Of a stretch of DNA of 64,000 bases, positions 38,931-51,789 are shown in pieces. The DNA lies in contig JAGIQG010000005.1 of the NCBI GenBank assembly GCA_024679065.1, positions 92,256,001 through 92,320,000 on the forward strand, in the 5' to 3' direction. Numbering within the stretch: the first letter of the stretch is position 1; every line of letters starts with the position of its first letter. Under the pieces are notes generated by a model, which saw nothing but the letters and a program-made list of their open reading frames with translations, made no database searches and was not told the DNA's origin. This DNA comes from Sphyrna mokarran (lineage: Eukaryota). Position numbers and translations under genes: made by a program.

Positions 38931-39589
38931 ACAAAGAAAACAAATCCAGAGAGAAGGAAACAGAAGATTTCAGAGCAAGGAAGACAGACGAACCCAGAGT
39001 GATTCGAGTGAATCATAAGATTGTTGAAGATCACATCAGTGCAATGAAGTATGCGGGCTGAAGGTAAATGATTCACTTCTGCAGGAATATGTTCACATTA
39101 GAGTTGAATGGAAGATTTGAAGGGCAGGATTCCAGCTGAGTGTATACTGCTAACAACATAGGATAAACTGAAGTCTTCAATGAACCAAGCTGCAAGAAAT
39201 TGGAACAAATAAATTACAGAAATGACACAAAGATACCAGGAGGAAAGAACAATCCACAATTCCACAACTGGCAACTCAAAGCAAGAGTTAGAAAATCTCA
39301 ACCAGGTATCTCAATCTTCCTTCAGTGCCATACACCAATATCTATCTTTATACATGAAACACTCAGGGCCTGGAATATCCTACAGCCTAGAGTTTCTGTT
39401 CAATTGCATCAGTATTTTTTGAACACAGCTGAAGCCAGTCAAATCTGTGCAAAAGCTGAAGGCATTTTAAGTCCAATTTGTGTATTGGGCTTAGCAAATT
39501 ATTGTGATCTTTTGTGCTCGTTTAAAAAGCAACACACTTTCAGACTAATCACCATTGGAAGTTTCTGTTAATTGTGCCTACTTGCAGGC

Positions 39590-40328
39590 AATTGCAGCAG
39601 GAGTACAATATCAAGGGTAGGCGTCTTAGCAGTGTTGAGGAGCAGAAGGATCTTGGGGGTTTGAGTCCATAGGACTTTTAAATCGGTCTTGCAAGTGGAG
39701 CATGTGGTCAAGAAGGTGTATGGTATACTGGACTTCATTAATTGAGGGATTGAGTTTAGGAGTTGGCAGGTAATGCCACAACTTTATAAGACCCTTGTCA
39801 AACCCCACTTGGAGTACTGTGTGCAGTTCTGGTTGCCTCACTATAGGAAAGATGTGGAAGCTATTGAGGGTGCAGAGAAGATTTACAAGGATGTTGCCTG
39901 GATTGGGAGGCATTCCCTATGAAGATAGGCTGAGGACCTAGGTCTCTTCTCCCTGGAGAGATGAAGGTTGAGAGGTGACCTGATAGAGGTTTATAAAATG
40001 TTGAGAGGAATAGATAGGGTGGATTCCTGGAGGCTATTTCCCAGAGCTGAAATAGTCGCTACGAGAGGACACAGGTTCAAAGTGCTGGACAGCAAGTACA
40101 GAGGAGATGTTAGGGGTAAGATTTTCACTCAGAGAGTGGTGAGTGAATGGAATCGGCTGCCATAGTGGTGGTGGAGGCGAACTCGCTGGGGTCTTTTAAA
40201 AGACTTCTGGATGAGTACATGGGATTAAATGGGATTGGGAGTTACAGATCGTTCTATGGTCTAGTAGGTATAGGTATGATTGGTGCAACTTGTGGGCCAA
40301 AGGGCCTGTTTGTGCTGTAATGTTCTAT
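39590..40328 (+). mobile_element. CR1 LINE 3' fragment
   Basis: RGDLIEVYKMLRGIDRVDS..TRGHRFKV (ORF 39968-40165); TGTAATGTTCTAT tail. Confidence 0.92.
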
Positions 40329-40364
40329 CTTAATATCAAACCTTTTTAGGTATGAGGATACTAA

Positions 40365-41520
40365 TTTCTTGTTGCAAAAATATACTTTATTCTTATGATA
40401 TCTAGAAGAACACTGCAAAACATTTCAAATGACCGTCACAGTGCAATAACATTCAGGTTTTCTATATAGACCATGTTTCATTCTGAGGTTCTTCAATACA
40501 ATCAGATATATGCCAGGCATTTCAAAATAGTCATTATAAAATGTTGCTTAAGTTGTTTACATGTTTGAATAGTTTACCTAAATCACATTTCATGGTGATA
40601 TGCTTCAATATAACTGTGTTACATGTAATATTTACTGTCTACATTCAGTGTGAACCATACAGCCCAAAGGTATTCTATTCAATTCCCCTCCCCTTGATGT
40701 ACTATTTCTGAAAGGTCTTAGACAGTGACTTCTTTTCATTGCACCTCTGCAGTAGCACTCCCAAGCTTTAGTGCCTCCCTCAGTACATACTCCTGGCTTT
40801 GGAATGAGCCAGTCTGCAACACTTGATCAGCTGCACTGAAGACCAACAAGTTTCAGAGAGACTAAAGAGCACCTTTCATTGAGTTGATGATCCTACAGCT
40901 GCAGGTGATGTTTGTCTTGATAGATGTCCCTGGAAACAGCTGTAGAAAACAGTGTCCTATGTTATGGAGCAGTTCAAGATGAACCTCAACAAAAACCATT
41001 GCATCTCTCTCCAGATCTTTGCAAAGACACATTCCACAAGGAGGTGGACAATGGTCCCATCCTCATCAGTCATCTCGAGAGTAACATGTAGATGGGATAA
41101 GATTCTGCGCATGTTGGAAGGATCTGACAGGGAGGGCCTTTCTCACCACCAGCCAAATTAAACTTGATGCTTTGAAAGTTTTAGGCAATGAGGCATTCGG
41201 CCAAATGACCTTTACAGTCTGCTCAGGGAACCATCCAACAAGATCCACCATCTCTCTTTCCTGTTGGGTGTCTAGGACATGCAGACCATTGCCTGAAGGA
41301 CTTGTGGGGAAAGGTGTTTCTCTGACTAAGTTTTTCCACGAGGGACAGGTGGTACTATGTACATGGCCCAACTACTTGGAGGTTAGATGGCAGAATAGCC
41401 AAGCCCATCCTTTGCAAAACCAGGAACAGATAGAAACTCAGCACCTAGTGACACTTGGTGGGGCAATCTTACCAAAAAAACTCGAAGTACTGAACAGTGT
41501 GAAAACAGAAGTGAATTGCA
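40365..41520 (-). mobile_element. Tx1/L1-group LINE 3' fragment
   Basis: VKVIWPNASLP..WLVVRKALPVRSF (zf-RVT-like region, ORF 41066-41371); AATAAA and A-rich end near 40385 on the minus strand. Confidence 0.7.
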
Positions 41521-42679
41521 CCTGATTTTTTTGGCAAGAAAATAATATCAAATCTTGATTCCCTCCCCCCCTCCCAATCACCTCTGCTGTTGGCTGGGGG
41601 CCATGTGTGATCCTCACCAGTGAGAACCTGCACAGTGAAGTCATTAAGGCAATTGAACCCAGACGATTGAGTCCAAAGCTCACTAATGATATTTAAATGA
41701 AAATTTAAATATAAAATGGCATGAGGCTGACCATGCCAGCATCATCAAGAGAGGCAAGAAACCAGGCATGACGAGGCGGTAAGATCACTACCTTGGTGTT
41801 TGCATACTGAGGATCTTCACACAGCTTGATGCAGCCTCAAGTTAAGGGTGATGTTGAGCAAGTTTTCTTCCCTCTGCCTTTATGTGGAGGTTTGTACATC
41901 ATGCCCCTGTGACAAGGTTTTAGATATTTTAACAAACTGACTGGTGTACACCAATGTGACTTAGTAAATGGTTCTGCAAAGCCTTTTAAGGAGATTTTCA
42001 AATGATGATGTATAACACACTGATTAAAAATATTTTTGTGATAAACCTATTTTTGTGATAGAACTGTATCAGGTTACCATGCTTAAATATATCATGGAAT
42101 ATTTAAAAATATAGATATGTTTCTAAATTGCTGCCTGATAATGTTTGTCTATGAAAGATTTTATGTTAAGTTTAGCCAGACATTTGAGGAAAATAAACAC
42201 ACTAAAACCTTAATGCAATTTTGTATATAATTTACATCCAGTTCACTGATCCCAAAATGAAACACTTGGCCAATATCTTTAACTTGGGATCTATAGTTCA
42301 GATTTGTTATTGATTGCTAACCATATCTTAATCATATGGAAACACATTTGCTCTCCTCTTACCCCCCTTGGTAATCAATGAATGATGACTTATTAAATGC
42401 AGGATCCACCCAAATACTTTACTGCTGAATCACTTGGTTATTCTCAGATCAGAGCAATTGTCTCCAATTTGCACATTGAAAATTCGAAAGATATATCTGT
42501 CAGTATACTTATTATTTGCCACCCGCAAGAGCTTTAGTAATTTTTAAAAATTATTTAACATTGTCAGCCTCCAGAAATGATTCTTAATATAATGAAGTAT
42601 AACTTATATCTTTGAACATTGAATCATCAATCGCACGTCATTGCCAATATTTAGCCTCTGATTTTTTTTATATAGAAAT

Positions 42680-42990
42680 ATAGAATCCTTAAAGTGCAGA
42701 AGAAGACCATTTGGACCATCAAGTCTGCACCGATCATAATCCCATTCAAGCCCTATCCCCATATCCCCTTGCACTTACCTTAGCTAGTCCCCCTCACCCT
42801 AAGGGGCAATTTAGCATGGCCAATCCTCCTAACTTGCATGGATTTGGACTCTGCAAGAAAACCAGAGCACCCAGAGGAATCCCATCCAGCTAAGGCAAGA
42901 ATGTGCAAACTTCATACAGACTAGCTGAGAAATGAACCGGGGTTCTTGGCACTGTGAGGCAACAGTATTAATTACTGTGCCACTGTGCCA
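42680..42990 (-). mobile_element. HE1-like SINE
   Basis: Reverse head, core and tail. Confidence 0.85.
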
Positions 42991-43767
42991 TTCAGATTTT
43001 TACCTCCTAGGCTTAAAATAATCCATTTTGTGGCCACTTCTGGAGATTTGCTATGGGAGTTTGGAATAGGATCAGCTCCTGAGATTGGCAGCAGCCTGTT
43101 CTCAAAATGAAAGTAAGATACGCAAGTTGGTCCTTATTTACTCCAAGGTAAAGTTAATAAATATCTAATTGAGCACAAACAGTGGCAATATGGTCATGTC
43201 ACTTGCTATTTAGTATATACGTAAAAATCTCAAAGATAATTATAATTGGTGATACAAATGTTCTTATAGTTGTTTTGCAAACTCCTCTGCCAAAGAAACT
43301 AATTAATATATTCCAAGAAAATACAGCTTTTTCTATGTCTTTACCTCATTTTCCAACTGCCAAAACCCTGAATCCTGTGTTCTCAAACTTGACTTTTTCA
43401 ATGACCTTCAAGGCCTTTCAAATGCTACAGAAGATAAACCTCAACTCATGCAAAACATTTCTCTCAACATCTCATCCATCTTATCACACTCACCTAACAA
43501 CCTTGTCCTTACTACCCACCTTCACCCTGTCCCCACTGCTTTACAATCCCTCAAGCTTCAAATCATCAAATTTGTGTGCAATTTTCTCTCTGATTCCACT
43601 CCTCACAACCTTTGCAAATTCCTCAAACTATTGTTTCTGTTTACATCTTCTCTTCCTATTCTAATTTATTGGCATTGCCTCCCTTTAACAACTCTGCTGT
43701 TCAAGACAGATTTTGGGCTTCCAGTGCTCACAGTCTAGAACTTCCTTCCTAAATTCCTGTGATTTTG

Positions 43768-44245
43768 AATTGATTTGATTTATTATTGTCACATGGATTA
43801 ATATACAGTGAAAAGTATTGTTTCTTGCTCGCTATACAGACAAAGCAAAACATTCATTGAAAATGTAACGAGAGAGTGCAGAATGTAGTGATACAGTCAT
43901 AGCTAGGATTTAGAGAAAGATCAACTTAATACAAGGTAGGCCCATTTAAAAGTCTGACAGCAGCAGGGAAGAAGCTGTTCTTGAGTTGGTTGATATGTGA
44001 TCTCAGACTTTTGTATCTTTTTCCCGACAGAAGAAGGTGGAAGGGAGAATGGCCGGGATGCAAGGGGTCCTTAATTATGCTGGCTGCTTTACTGAGACAG
44101 CGGGGAGTATAGACAGAGTCAATGGATGGGAGACTGGTTTGCATGATGGATTAGGCTACATTCACGACCTTTTGTAGTTTTTTGCCGTCTTGGGCAGAGC
44201 AGGAGCCATATCAAGCTGTGATATAACCAGAAAGAATGCTTTCTG
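43768..44245 (-). mobile_element. Rex1/Babar LINE 3' fragment
   Basis: LPSIDSVYTPRCLSKAASIIKDPLHPGH..LKNSFFPAAVRLLN; TTGATTTGATTT tail; same family as 22160. Confidence 0.88.
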
Positions 44246-44952
44246 TTCATTACATCTCAACCTTCTTTTCAGAAATATTAGGACTTACCTATTCAACAAC
44301 GCACTTTACCCTGTTTGGGTTTCATTTATACTGTGGGTCACTTCAGAATGTTTCACTACAGTAAAAATGCTGAGTCTATACATTCATATGGTCTTGGTGT
44401 CCAGCTAGGATGAATCCACCTCTGCCATTAGCATCAAACTCGCTGATGTATCTGGAATCTGGGAGGGGGATGGTGGTGGTGGTGGTAATAATGGCGGCGG
44501 TGACAGGGGGTGGGTGGAATCGATCACTTCATTTAAACAAAGGAAGTTGAATCACTTAATTTAAATGAAGCAGTTTGTGCATCTGAAGCACGCGTGCAAG
44601 GAGATTGTAAAATATGGCCTGAGGACCTGATAACAAACCCTGTTGAGATGGATTAAGTATTTCCTTCCTATTAAGTCTTTTATAAAGGAAGGGACAATGA
44701 TGGGGGCGGGTGGTGGTGATGGATGGGATTGGAGACAGGAGATCAAAATGAGAAATCTTTGTTACATTTGTAAACCTTAAAGGCCCAGAACACAACCCAG
44801 ATCATTACTTTAACAGTTAGTACATCTGCTTTCACACAATGTGTAGGCCACACATGCAGCACCCATCAAACAGCAGGATGAAGTTAAGAAAGCTTGTGGT
44901 CTGAGATTCTAATTCGACCATGTCCTGTTTCAAGCCACTGGCCTTGTTTGGG

Positions 44953-45079
44953 CTATGATGTAGAGATGCCGGCATTGGACTGGGGTAAACAGCTGACAAA
45001 GAGGACAGCCTCAAAAGCTTGTGAGTTTACTATCAAATAAATAGGTTGGGCTTAAACCTGGTGTTGTCAGACTTCTTAC
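44953..45079 (+). mobile_element. 127 bp Penelope-like insertion (inverted end plus eroded hammerhead)
   Basis: TTGTTTGGG direct repeat at 44944-44952 and 45080-45088; sequence shared with the 5626 and 58341-58477 copies. Confidence 0.8.
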
Positions 45080-46196
45080 TTGTTTGGGGTAGCCAGAAAT
45101 CTTCCCCTAATGAGGTTTCCTTTGGAGAGAAGGGTGAAAAAATGGACAGATCTGGATCCCAGTATGATTTCTGGGCCATTCTGCTGAACCCATGCTGCAG
45201 TTATGAGAGGAGTGCAACAAAGGGTTCAATGATTTTCAGTCATGTTATGCAAATCTTGTGGTTGTTGTCCTTTAAATAATATTCTAAATTTGCCTTTGCC
45301 AATGACTCCTACAGCTCACTTTTTCCGGCAGGTACCATCTCCAATAGCACGTGGAGAATTAAAAATGAAGGCATATAATTTAGCCCCATATCTGAAATCA
45401 CATCTGTGTCACCCATTGATTTCCTCTACAATGGATGGAAAATCCTGTGAATTACAACCGCTGGATTTTGATTTGTGTGACTGAGAATTCATGTCAATAC
45501 TCAAAAAAATCAGACATTACAGAAAATCGGTTTCAGAGAGAGGAGCAGAATTTGCATTTGTCATCTTTATTTTCTTGTAACTGATCCTGAAGGCAGGGAC
45601 GCGTGCTGTGTGATTGTTCCCACGCATGGTATCAGCCTCATGTCACTTCATCCAGGTGCCCATTGCTGAGGTGAATGTCAGCATGGGACATATCCTGTGG
45701 ACCCTCTTAATTGATTCTATCCTTTATGAATACATACTTTTCACAGAGGCCACCAGATCATGCTCCCAAGAGTGAGGACGCTTACATTTCCAGATTTGGA
45801 ACGCTGAGTCTAACTGGAGCAGTTATTGCTGCCAACATTCTGTGGATCAAAGACCAAACCTGGGATCACGGATTCTTATCTTGGTTCTTTACCACTCATT
45901 TCATTTGTCCACTAAAGCTCAAGACTGGGTGGGGGTGGGGGAAGGAGATGTGGGATGTGAGGAACAGAATTGAACTTTTTATTCCACCTTTAAAAGGATG
46001 GCAGAAGCAGAGCCAGTAGAGTTTTCAGAAAAGAAAATATACTTTAAAAGCAAACATTTCCAGGGCTATTAGGAAAGAGCAGGAAAGTGGGATTGATTGA
46101 AAAATTCTTTCGAAGAGCTGGTACAGACACAATGGACAGAATGGACTCTTATGCCAAATGATTGAATGATTTCTATGAGTAACTGAATAATTAAAT

Positions 46197-49100
46197 AGGG
46201 CTGGCATATGGCACAGTGGTTAGCACTGCTGCCTCACAGCTCCAGGGACCTAGGTTTGATTCCTGATTTGGCTCACTCTCTGTGTAGAATTTGTACACTC
46301 TCCCCATGTCTGTGAGGGTTTCCTCAAGATGCTCTGGTTACCACCCACAGTCCAAAGACATGTGGGTTAGATGCATTGGCCATGCTAAGTTGACTTTTAG
46401 GCCCCTATTTTATTACTTTGATTCAAGTTGCTGGGAGAAACTTGAAACCGACTTTTTGACCCGTTCTCCAGCGCTCCTATACGCACTCTGCCTGAAAAAA
46501 TATCAGTGATTCCGAATTGGGCTGCCCAAGCCTGTGGATGGGGCTTAACGCACCCAAAACCCTGCAACTCTGATCGGCTCCAACTGCACATGTGCAGAAA
46601 AAAAATGACAGAATAACAGTCCCCAGCCACAGTGCTCCTAGGAGGGGTAATGTCTCCCCTAGCGCCCATAGACGTTGCCCCACACCCACAACATTAATAA
46701 GCCCCTTTTTCCCCCCCCCTACTACCCAGACTGACACAGGCCCTTCCTCCCTCCCCCTTGTCAATCTCAGGCAGAAAGGCAGCGGAGCCCTACTTACACA
46801 CACCTACTCCATCCTCCCCCCGCACTGATTTCAGACAGAGTGGCAATGCCCCCTACCCACTCTTCCCCCTCATTCAGCTAAGGCAGAGAGATCCACACTG
46901 CTCTTTCCACCCCACAGTTACCAGGCAGGGTGATCGCCCTCAGCCTGGCCTCCCATCTCCTCTGGACTCCGATGGCTGTGTGTCACCTCCCTCTCTCTCC
47001 TCTGTCCTCACTTGCCTTCCCCTCAATGCTATCAAACTGTATGGAACTTGTTGGAAAGTTCTGCCAAACTGCCTGCAACTGATCTGCCCTAACGAGGGGC
47101 AGCTCCATTTAAAAACTCAAGAACTCAAGAAAACAGGCATTCCTGCACAGGATGTGCACATGACCAGCCACCTGATTCTCTAAGGGTGACTTCAGGAGAC
47201 TGCTGGAGGCAGCAGAGACAAAACATGATACCCTCTTCTCTCCAGGAGGATGCAGACCCAGGGGAACTAATCAAACTGGGAAGCAGTGCCAGAAAAAAGT
47301 CAATGACAAGATCCATGCAGCAAGGGTGAGTGCTGAACCCCATCTTGCATCTTCCCCCAAATCTCACCCATCCCCAGCACCCTGCCTGCTTCCAGCTCCC
47401 AACTCCCAAGCAGCTCCTTCCAAAACCCCCGAAGAGCCCACTGCACTTGCCCTTTAAGGGGCACCACCTTATATTCTGCAGGAGTCTCTACAGGAGAAGA
47501 CCGACCATAACACCCAGAAGGAGGGCAAAGACAGACAGTGGTGAGTCAGATTTCCGGGTCCTCACCTCCTTTTGAGGAGCAAGTGCTGGAGCTTTCCAGA
47601 GGAGGGGAGATGTGGGCCATCAGCAACAACATGGTTGGGCTGCCATTAAGACTTGTCAATCCTCCATTCACTTTGAGGCATCATCTGACGCTGCCAGTCC
47701 TAGAGGATCACCTGTATCCTACCAACTGTTGTCAAGTCTCTGCGATGGCCACTTGAGTCAGGGGCCACCAGTAAATGGCCACAGCAAGTGTCCTCTGAGA
47801 CTGGGCCATGCTCTGCAAGCTCTCAGCTATGATCTCTGAGATTGGGCCATGTTCTCAAGGGCTGCTGCCATAGCCCACTGTATCTCAGCACTGTTCCGCT
47901 GGGTCTCCCGCAAACTCTGCAGCCATTGGCCGCAGAACCTTGAGAATCCTGTTCAGTCTCTCAGCTGTGGTCTGCTGTGACTTGACCATTGCTTGGGGCC
48001 TGTAATTCAGAAGGCCCTAGGGTGATCAGATCTCTGCCTGCAACACAGGACACAAGGTTAAGACCAAGGGAGCGAGAGGAATCCTGGATGTAAAACACAT
48101 GATTCACATTTCTCCATTGAAATTAGATCAAAGAAAATTACACCAAGAAAATTATATCACTTTGATGCCAGAGATTCTGGAGCTCACTGCAAAAGCATCG
48201 CTGTCCCATGGAGTGACCCAGAGACCCACAGGAACCTAAGAGAGGAGGAAGGGCTCAAACCAATGCCAGGACCCTCCAGCCAAGAAACTGTGGCTGTGGC
48301 TGCACTTATGCCCACCTTCTTGACACCAGGGCATCTCGGGGACAATGGGATGAAGAGGGTGTCATGGAAACATTCCAGACACCTGGATTGGGCAGGGCCC
48401 TCAAGGCCAAGGGCCTCCAAAGGACACCTGCCATGTACATCACAGGCCACAAGGTGAAGTAGGCAGCTGGTCCTTCCACCTTTGATGTACAGTCTGGGGA
48501 GTCACTGAGACGTAGTGATAGGTGAGGAAGATAGGGTGAAGGCCTGCCCTAGTTAGGAAGGCATTTAAGCACCTTAATGGTTTCTATTCACAAGTTTTTA
48601 TGGTAGAGCATCTTATTTAAACACCTTTATTGCAGTTAAATGTTTTTTCACCATCCACCTGTGACTAATTTGTCTCAAGTAGGAATCCTCTTCCATTGAT
48701 CGCTGGAACAACGCTTCATGTTGATGTCAGTTGGGGAGGGCCCTCAATGCTGTGCCACTGAGAAACCAACAAGCAATTCCTTCCTTTTCCCCCATTCCAT
48801 ATACCCCAGGGCCCTGTATGGGGGTTTCAGATCCCTTACCCACTACACAAACATGGGTCCAGGTACTGGGGTGCATGCAGCACTCAGATAGGAGTCAAAC
48901 TAGTTTGCACCAGGGCATCAACATAATGGTGCTTAGCGAGTCACCATCACCATCCTGCCTGCCAAAAAACTCACTAACACAGCATTTCCTGGCCCACCAC
49001 TCTGATGTGACAATGTTGCAGAACATAGAAAGAATTTTGAGGGAGGACAGAACCCACAGATACCATCCCCTAGTGACTGGACCACTTGATGATCAGGGCC

Positions 49101-49808
49101 AAATGCTCCCCAATATCACAGCTCCTTGCAAAGGTGAGGTACTGCAGCAGTGCAACTTGCAAAGGCTTTGTGCACTGAAGTGAGCTAAGTGCACTAGGGC
49201 CCAATAGCACCGCAAGACCCAAGTTCAGTACTAAAACCCGGGTCAGTGCTGCAATTTGGACATTGGAGGAGCAGCCCCCTCCCCCGCCACCCCCACCCAC
49301 CTTTACAATCACCAGAGCCGTCACCAACCTGAGACAGAAAATGCCCACAGCAACAGGACACCCATGAGTAGCAGAGAGCCGTTGGACGCTATACACTTAC
49401 CTCCTCACTAACCCTCATTGACCAAGTATCTGAATTGGACTTTTGTGGAACATGTCTGTTGTGCTGATTCCAGATTGGTAAATGTATTTAAATGGCCATC
49501 GCATCATTTTTGTGCATGATTCTGATTGTGTCCATTTTCGGGCCTTGGTAAAGGGGGAACTGGCGCAGAGGCAGGTGTAGATCACGCTACTCACCTCACG
49601 CCCAACTTTAACAGGTTTTTGCTCCCGAAAATGGGCACAACTCAATGGTAAAACCGGGCCCTTATTGTCCTGGGATGCATAAGTTAAAGGGATTAAATGA
49701 CTAAATATATAGGGTTATGGGGATAGGGCCTAGGTAGAATTGTGATCGGTGCAGACTTGATGGGCCAAATGGCCTCCTTCTACATTGTAGGGATTCTATG
49801 ATTCTATG
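46197..49808 (+). mobile_element. HE1-like SINE split by a Harbinger element (46197-46399 and 49662-49808)
   Basis: ATTGGCCATGCTAAGTTGACTTTTA resumes as TTATTGTCCTGGGATGC; compare the intact SINE at 1860-1899. Confidence 0.88.
46400..49661 (+). mobile_element. Harbinger element (3.26 kb) with TTA TSD and Myb/SANT gene remnant
   Basis: Ends GGCCCCTATTTTATTA and TGGTAAAACCGGGCCC, with TTA on both sides. Exon FSKGDFRRLLEAAETKHDTLF..QCQKKVNDKIHAAR, donor GTGAGT at 47326; exon 2 from 47494. Confidence 0.85.
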
Positions 49809-49967
49809 AATTTGAATCAAATTGGAAAGTTATTTGCTGAGAAAACTATTCAAGGAGCACAGTTGGAAAAAATGTCTAAAATCTTTACATAATCTTAGTT
49901 TCAGCTACATAAAACCTTTTAAATTGTTTCATAAAGATTCTGTAGAAATGATATTTACCATATATGG

Positions 49968-50085
49968 TGTGGGATTCTTCAGCCACGCTCACCTGAAAAA
50001 CCAGAGATTCCTGACCAACTTCAGTGTCATTTTTCACTGCCTGCTAGAATTCCAGTGGCAGACGGGATGAGAGAAGAGTCTGCCC
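49968..50085. mobile_element. short MITE
   Basis: GTGGGATTCTTC..GAAGAGTCTGCCC inverted ends; related to 55840 and 59483. Confidence 0.5.
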
Positions 50086-51122
50086 TGTTTTATTTGTTTT
50101 GTTTTTATTATTATGTCTTGTTTTGTTATCATCCTACTTGCAGGATCATATTGGAAAATAACTGGCATAGTATTCCATCAAAATTGTCAACAAGAATGTG
50201 GGCAACATGTGATCAAGGACGCAAATTATGTCATTGTAATCACTTTTTTTATTGTGGGAAAGGAATTTAAGCAAAACAAAACATTGCAGAACTTTACAGG
50301 AGTCAAAAATGCATCGCTAGCTTGGCAGCCACGCATGATGCACAGTCATCTGATTTGTGCTCTTTTATGGAACTCCCTCACCCAGATCAGGAGTTAGATT
50401 TTTTTTGTGTTAACAGTTACTAAATGGATGTTTGCTGTCCATACAAGTGCACCTCTTTTCTTGCCAGCAATGATTGTGAGCTCTTTCAACAGCCAGCTTA
50501 GTTGGGCCACCAGAGGTTTTTAACAAAGCACAATTTTATTTACTGGAGAGCATCAATCTTCAGCAAGGAGTTCAAGCAGAGCAACAATAATGGGGTTATG
50601 GGGCAATGCAGTCTTGCCTGCGGTCCAGACCTTAAAAGGTGTTCAGGGTGAGATTTTGTAATGTGCACAAAACAGTCAGAAGGTTAATTAGCAACTGTGT
50701 GACTGCGTCTCAATAAATTGTCTTGCCAAATATTTTTTATTCATCCTCACTGTAAAAGTTGGCATAGAAGCATGCAGCAAATTACAGGGAACTCTGCCAG
50801 CTGCTGATCTCTGTAAATATATAGACTTTTGCATTTTCCACTGTGTCATTTTGCTATATCACAATGTTACTGCATTGGTCAATTATTGGGCAATGTATCA
50901 AGCACAAAATGTTAGATCAGCACAAAGTTGCTTAGAGTTGCACTTGCACATTTTCACATAAGGCTGCTGTTCTCCTGGCCACTTGGGTCGAACTCATTAT
51001 CTTTCACAATCTTCCTTCTTCTGCACTTTTATATCTGTATGTAACAGAACGCAAATATTCACTTCAGCACATAATTTGTTACTCAAAGTTCTAAATTTAG
51101 GCTTATCACACAAATGTTTTGA

Positions 51123-51678
51123 CTAGTGCGGCCGCACTATTTTCTTGTGTACTATATTTTCTTGTGTACAGTTCTGGTCCCCGCATTATAAGAAAGATGT
51201 GGAGGCATTGGAGACGGTACAGAGGAGGTTTACCAGGATGTTGCCTGGTATGGAGGGCAGGTCTTATGAAGAGAGGCTGAGGGATTTGAGGTTGTTTTCG
51301 TTAGAAAGAAGGCAGCTAAGAGGAGACCTTATTGAAACATATAAGATGATTAGAGGTTTAGATAGGGTGGACAGTGATGGCCTTTTTCCTAGGATGGAGA
51401 AAGCTAGCACGAGGGGACATAGCTTTAAATTAAGGGGTGGTGGTTTTAGGACAGATGTCAGAGGTAGGTTCTTTACCCAGAGGGTGGTAAGGGTATGGAA
51501 TGCCCTGCCTGCGTCAGTTGTAGATGCGCCAAGTTTGGTGACGTTTAAGAGGTTAGTAGATAAGTTTATGGATGAAAGGGGAATGGTTTAGGTTAGAGGG
51601 TCACAGCTTGTTCCTAATTGGTCGGCGCAACATCGAAGACCGAAAGGCCTGTTCTGTGCTGTGATGTTCTATGTTCTA
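51123..51678 (+). mobile_element. young CR1 3' fragment, near-identical to 21340-21877
   Basis: ORF 51145-51591 open to the native stop; TGTTCTATGTTCTA tail. Confidence 0.95.
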
Positions 51679-51789
51679 GTGTTATAGAAATCATGGACTC
51701 GAATATATAGCAAAATGCTTCTTGTGGAGTCATGGTAAGGATTGAGATCATCTTAATGCAGAGCTTCAACTGTATATATGACTTTCTTT

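Larger units (their letters stand above)
37230..39320 (+). mobile_element. decayed Ty3/Gypsy internal region (gag zinc knuckles, protease)
   Basis: ECKYCKGQH..FPACRKQYFNCKGQNHF at ~38080-38176; DRWFVTV..ANVSCYVL..MKPSKVRLKRYNG in ORF 38189-38587. Confidence 0.7.

Noticed and set aside
43182-43738. 160 aa and 96 aa ORFs
   Set aside because: C/T-rich composition explains the lack of stops; no domain features.
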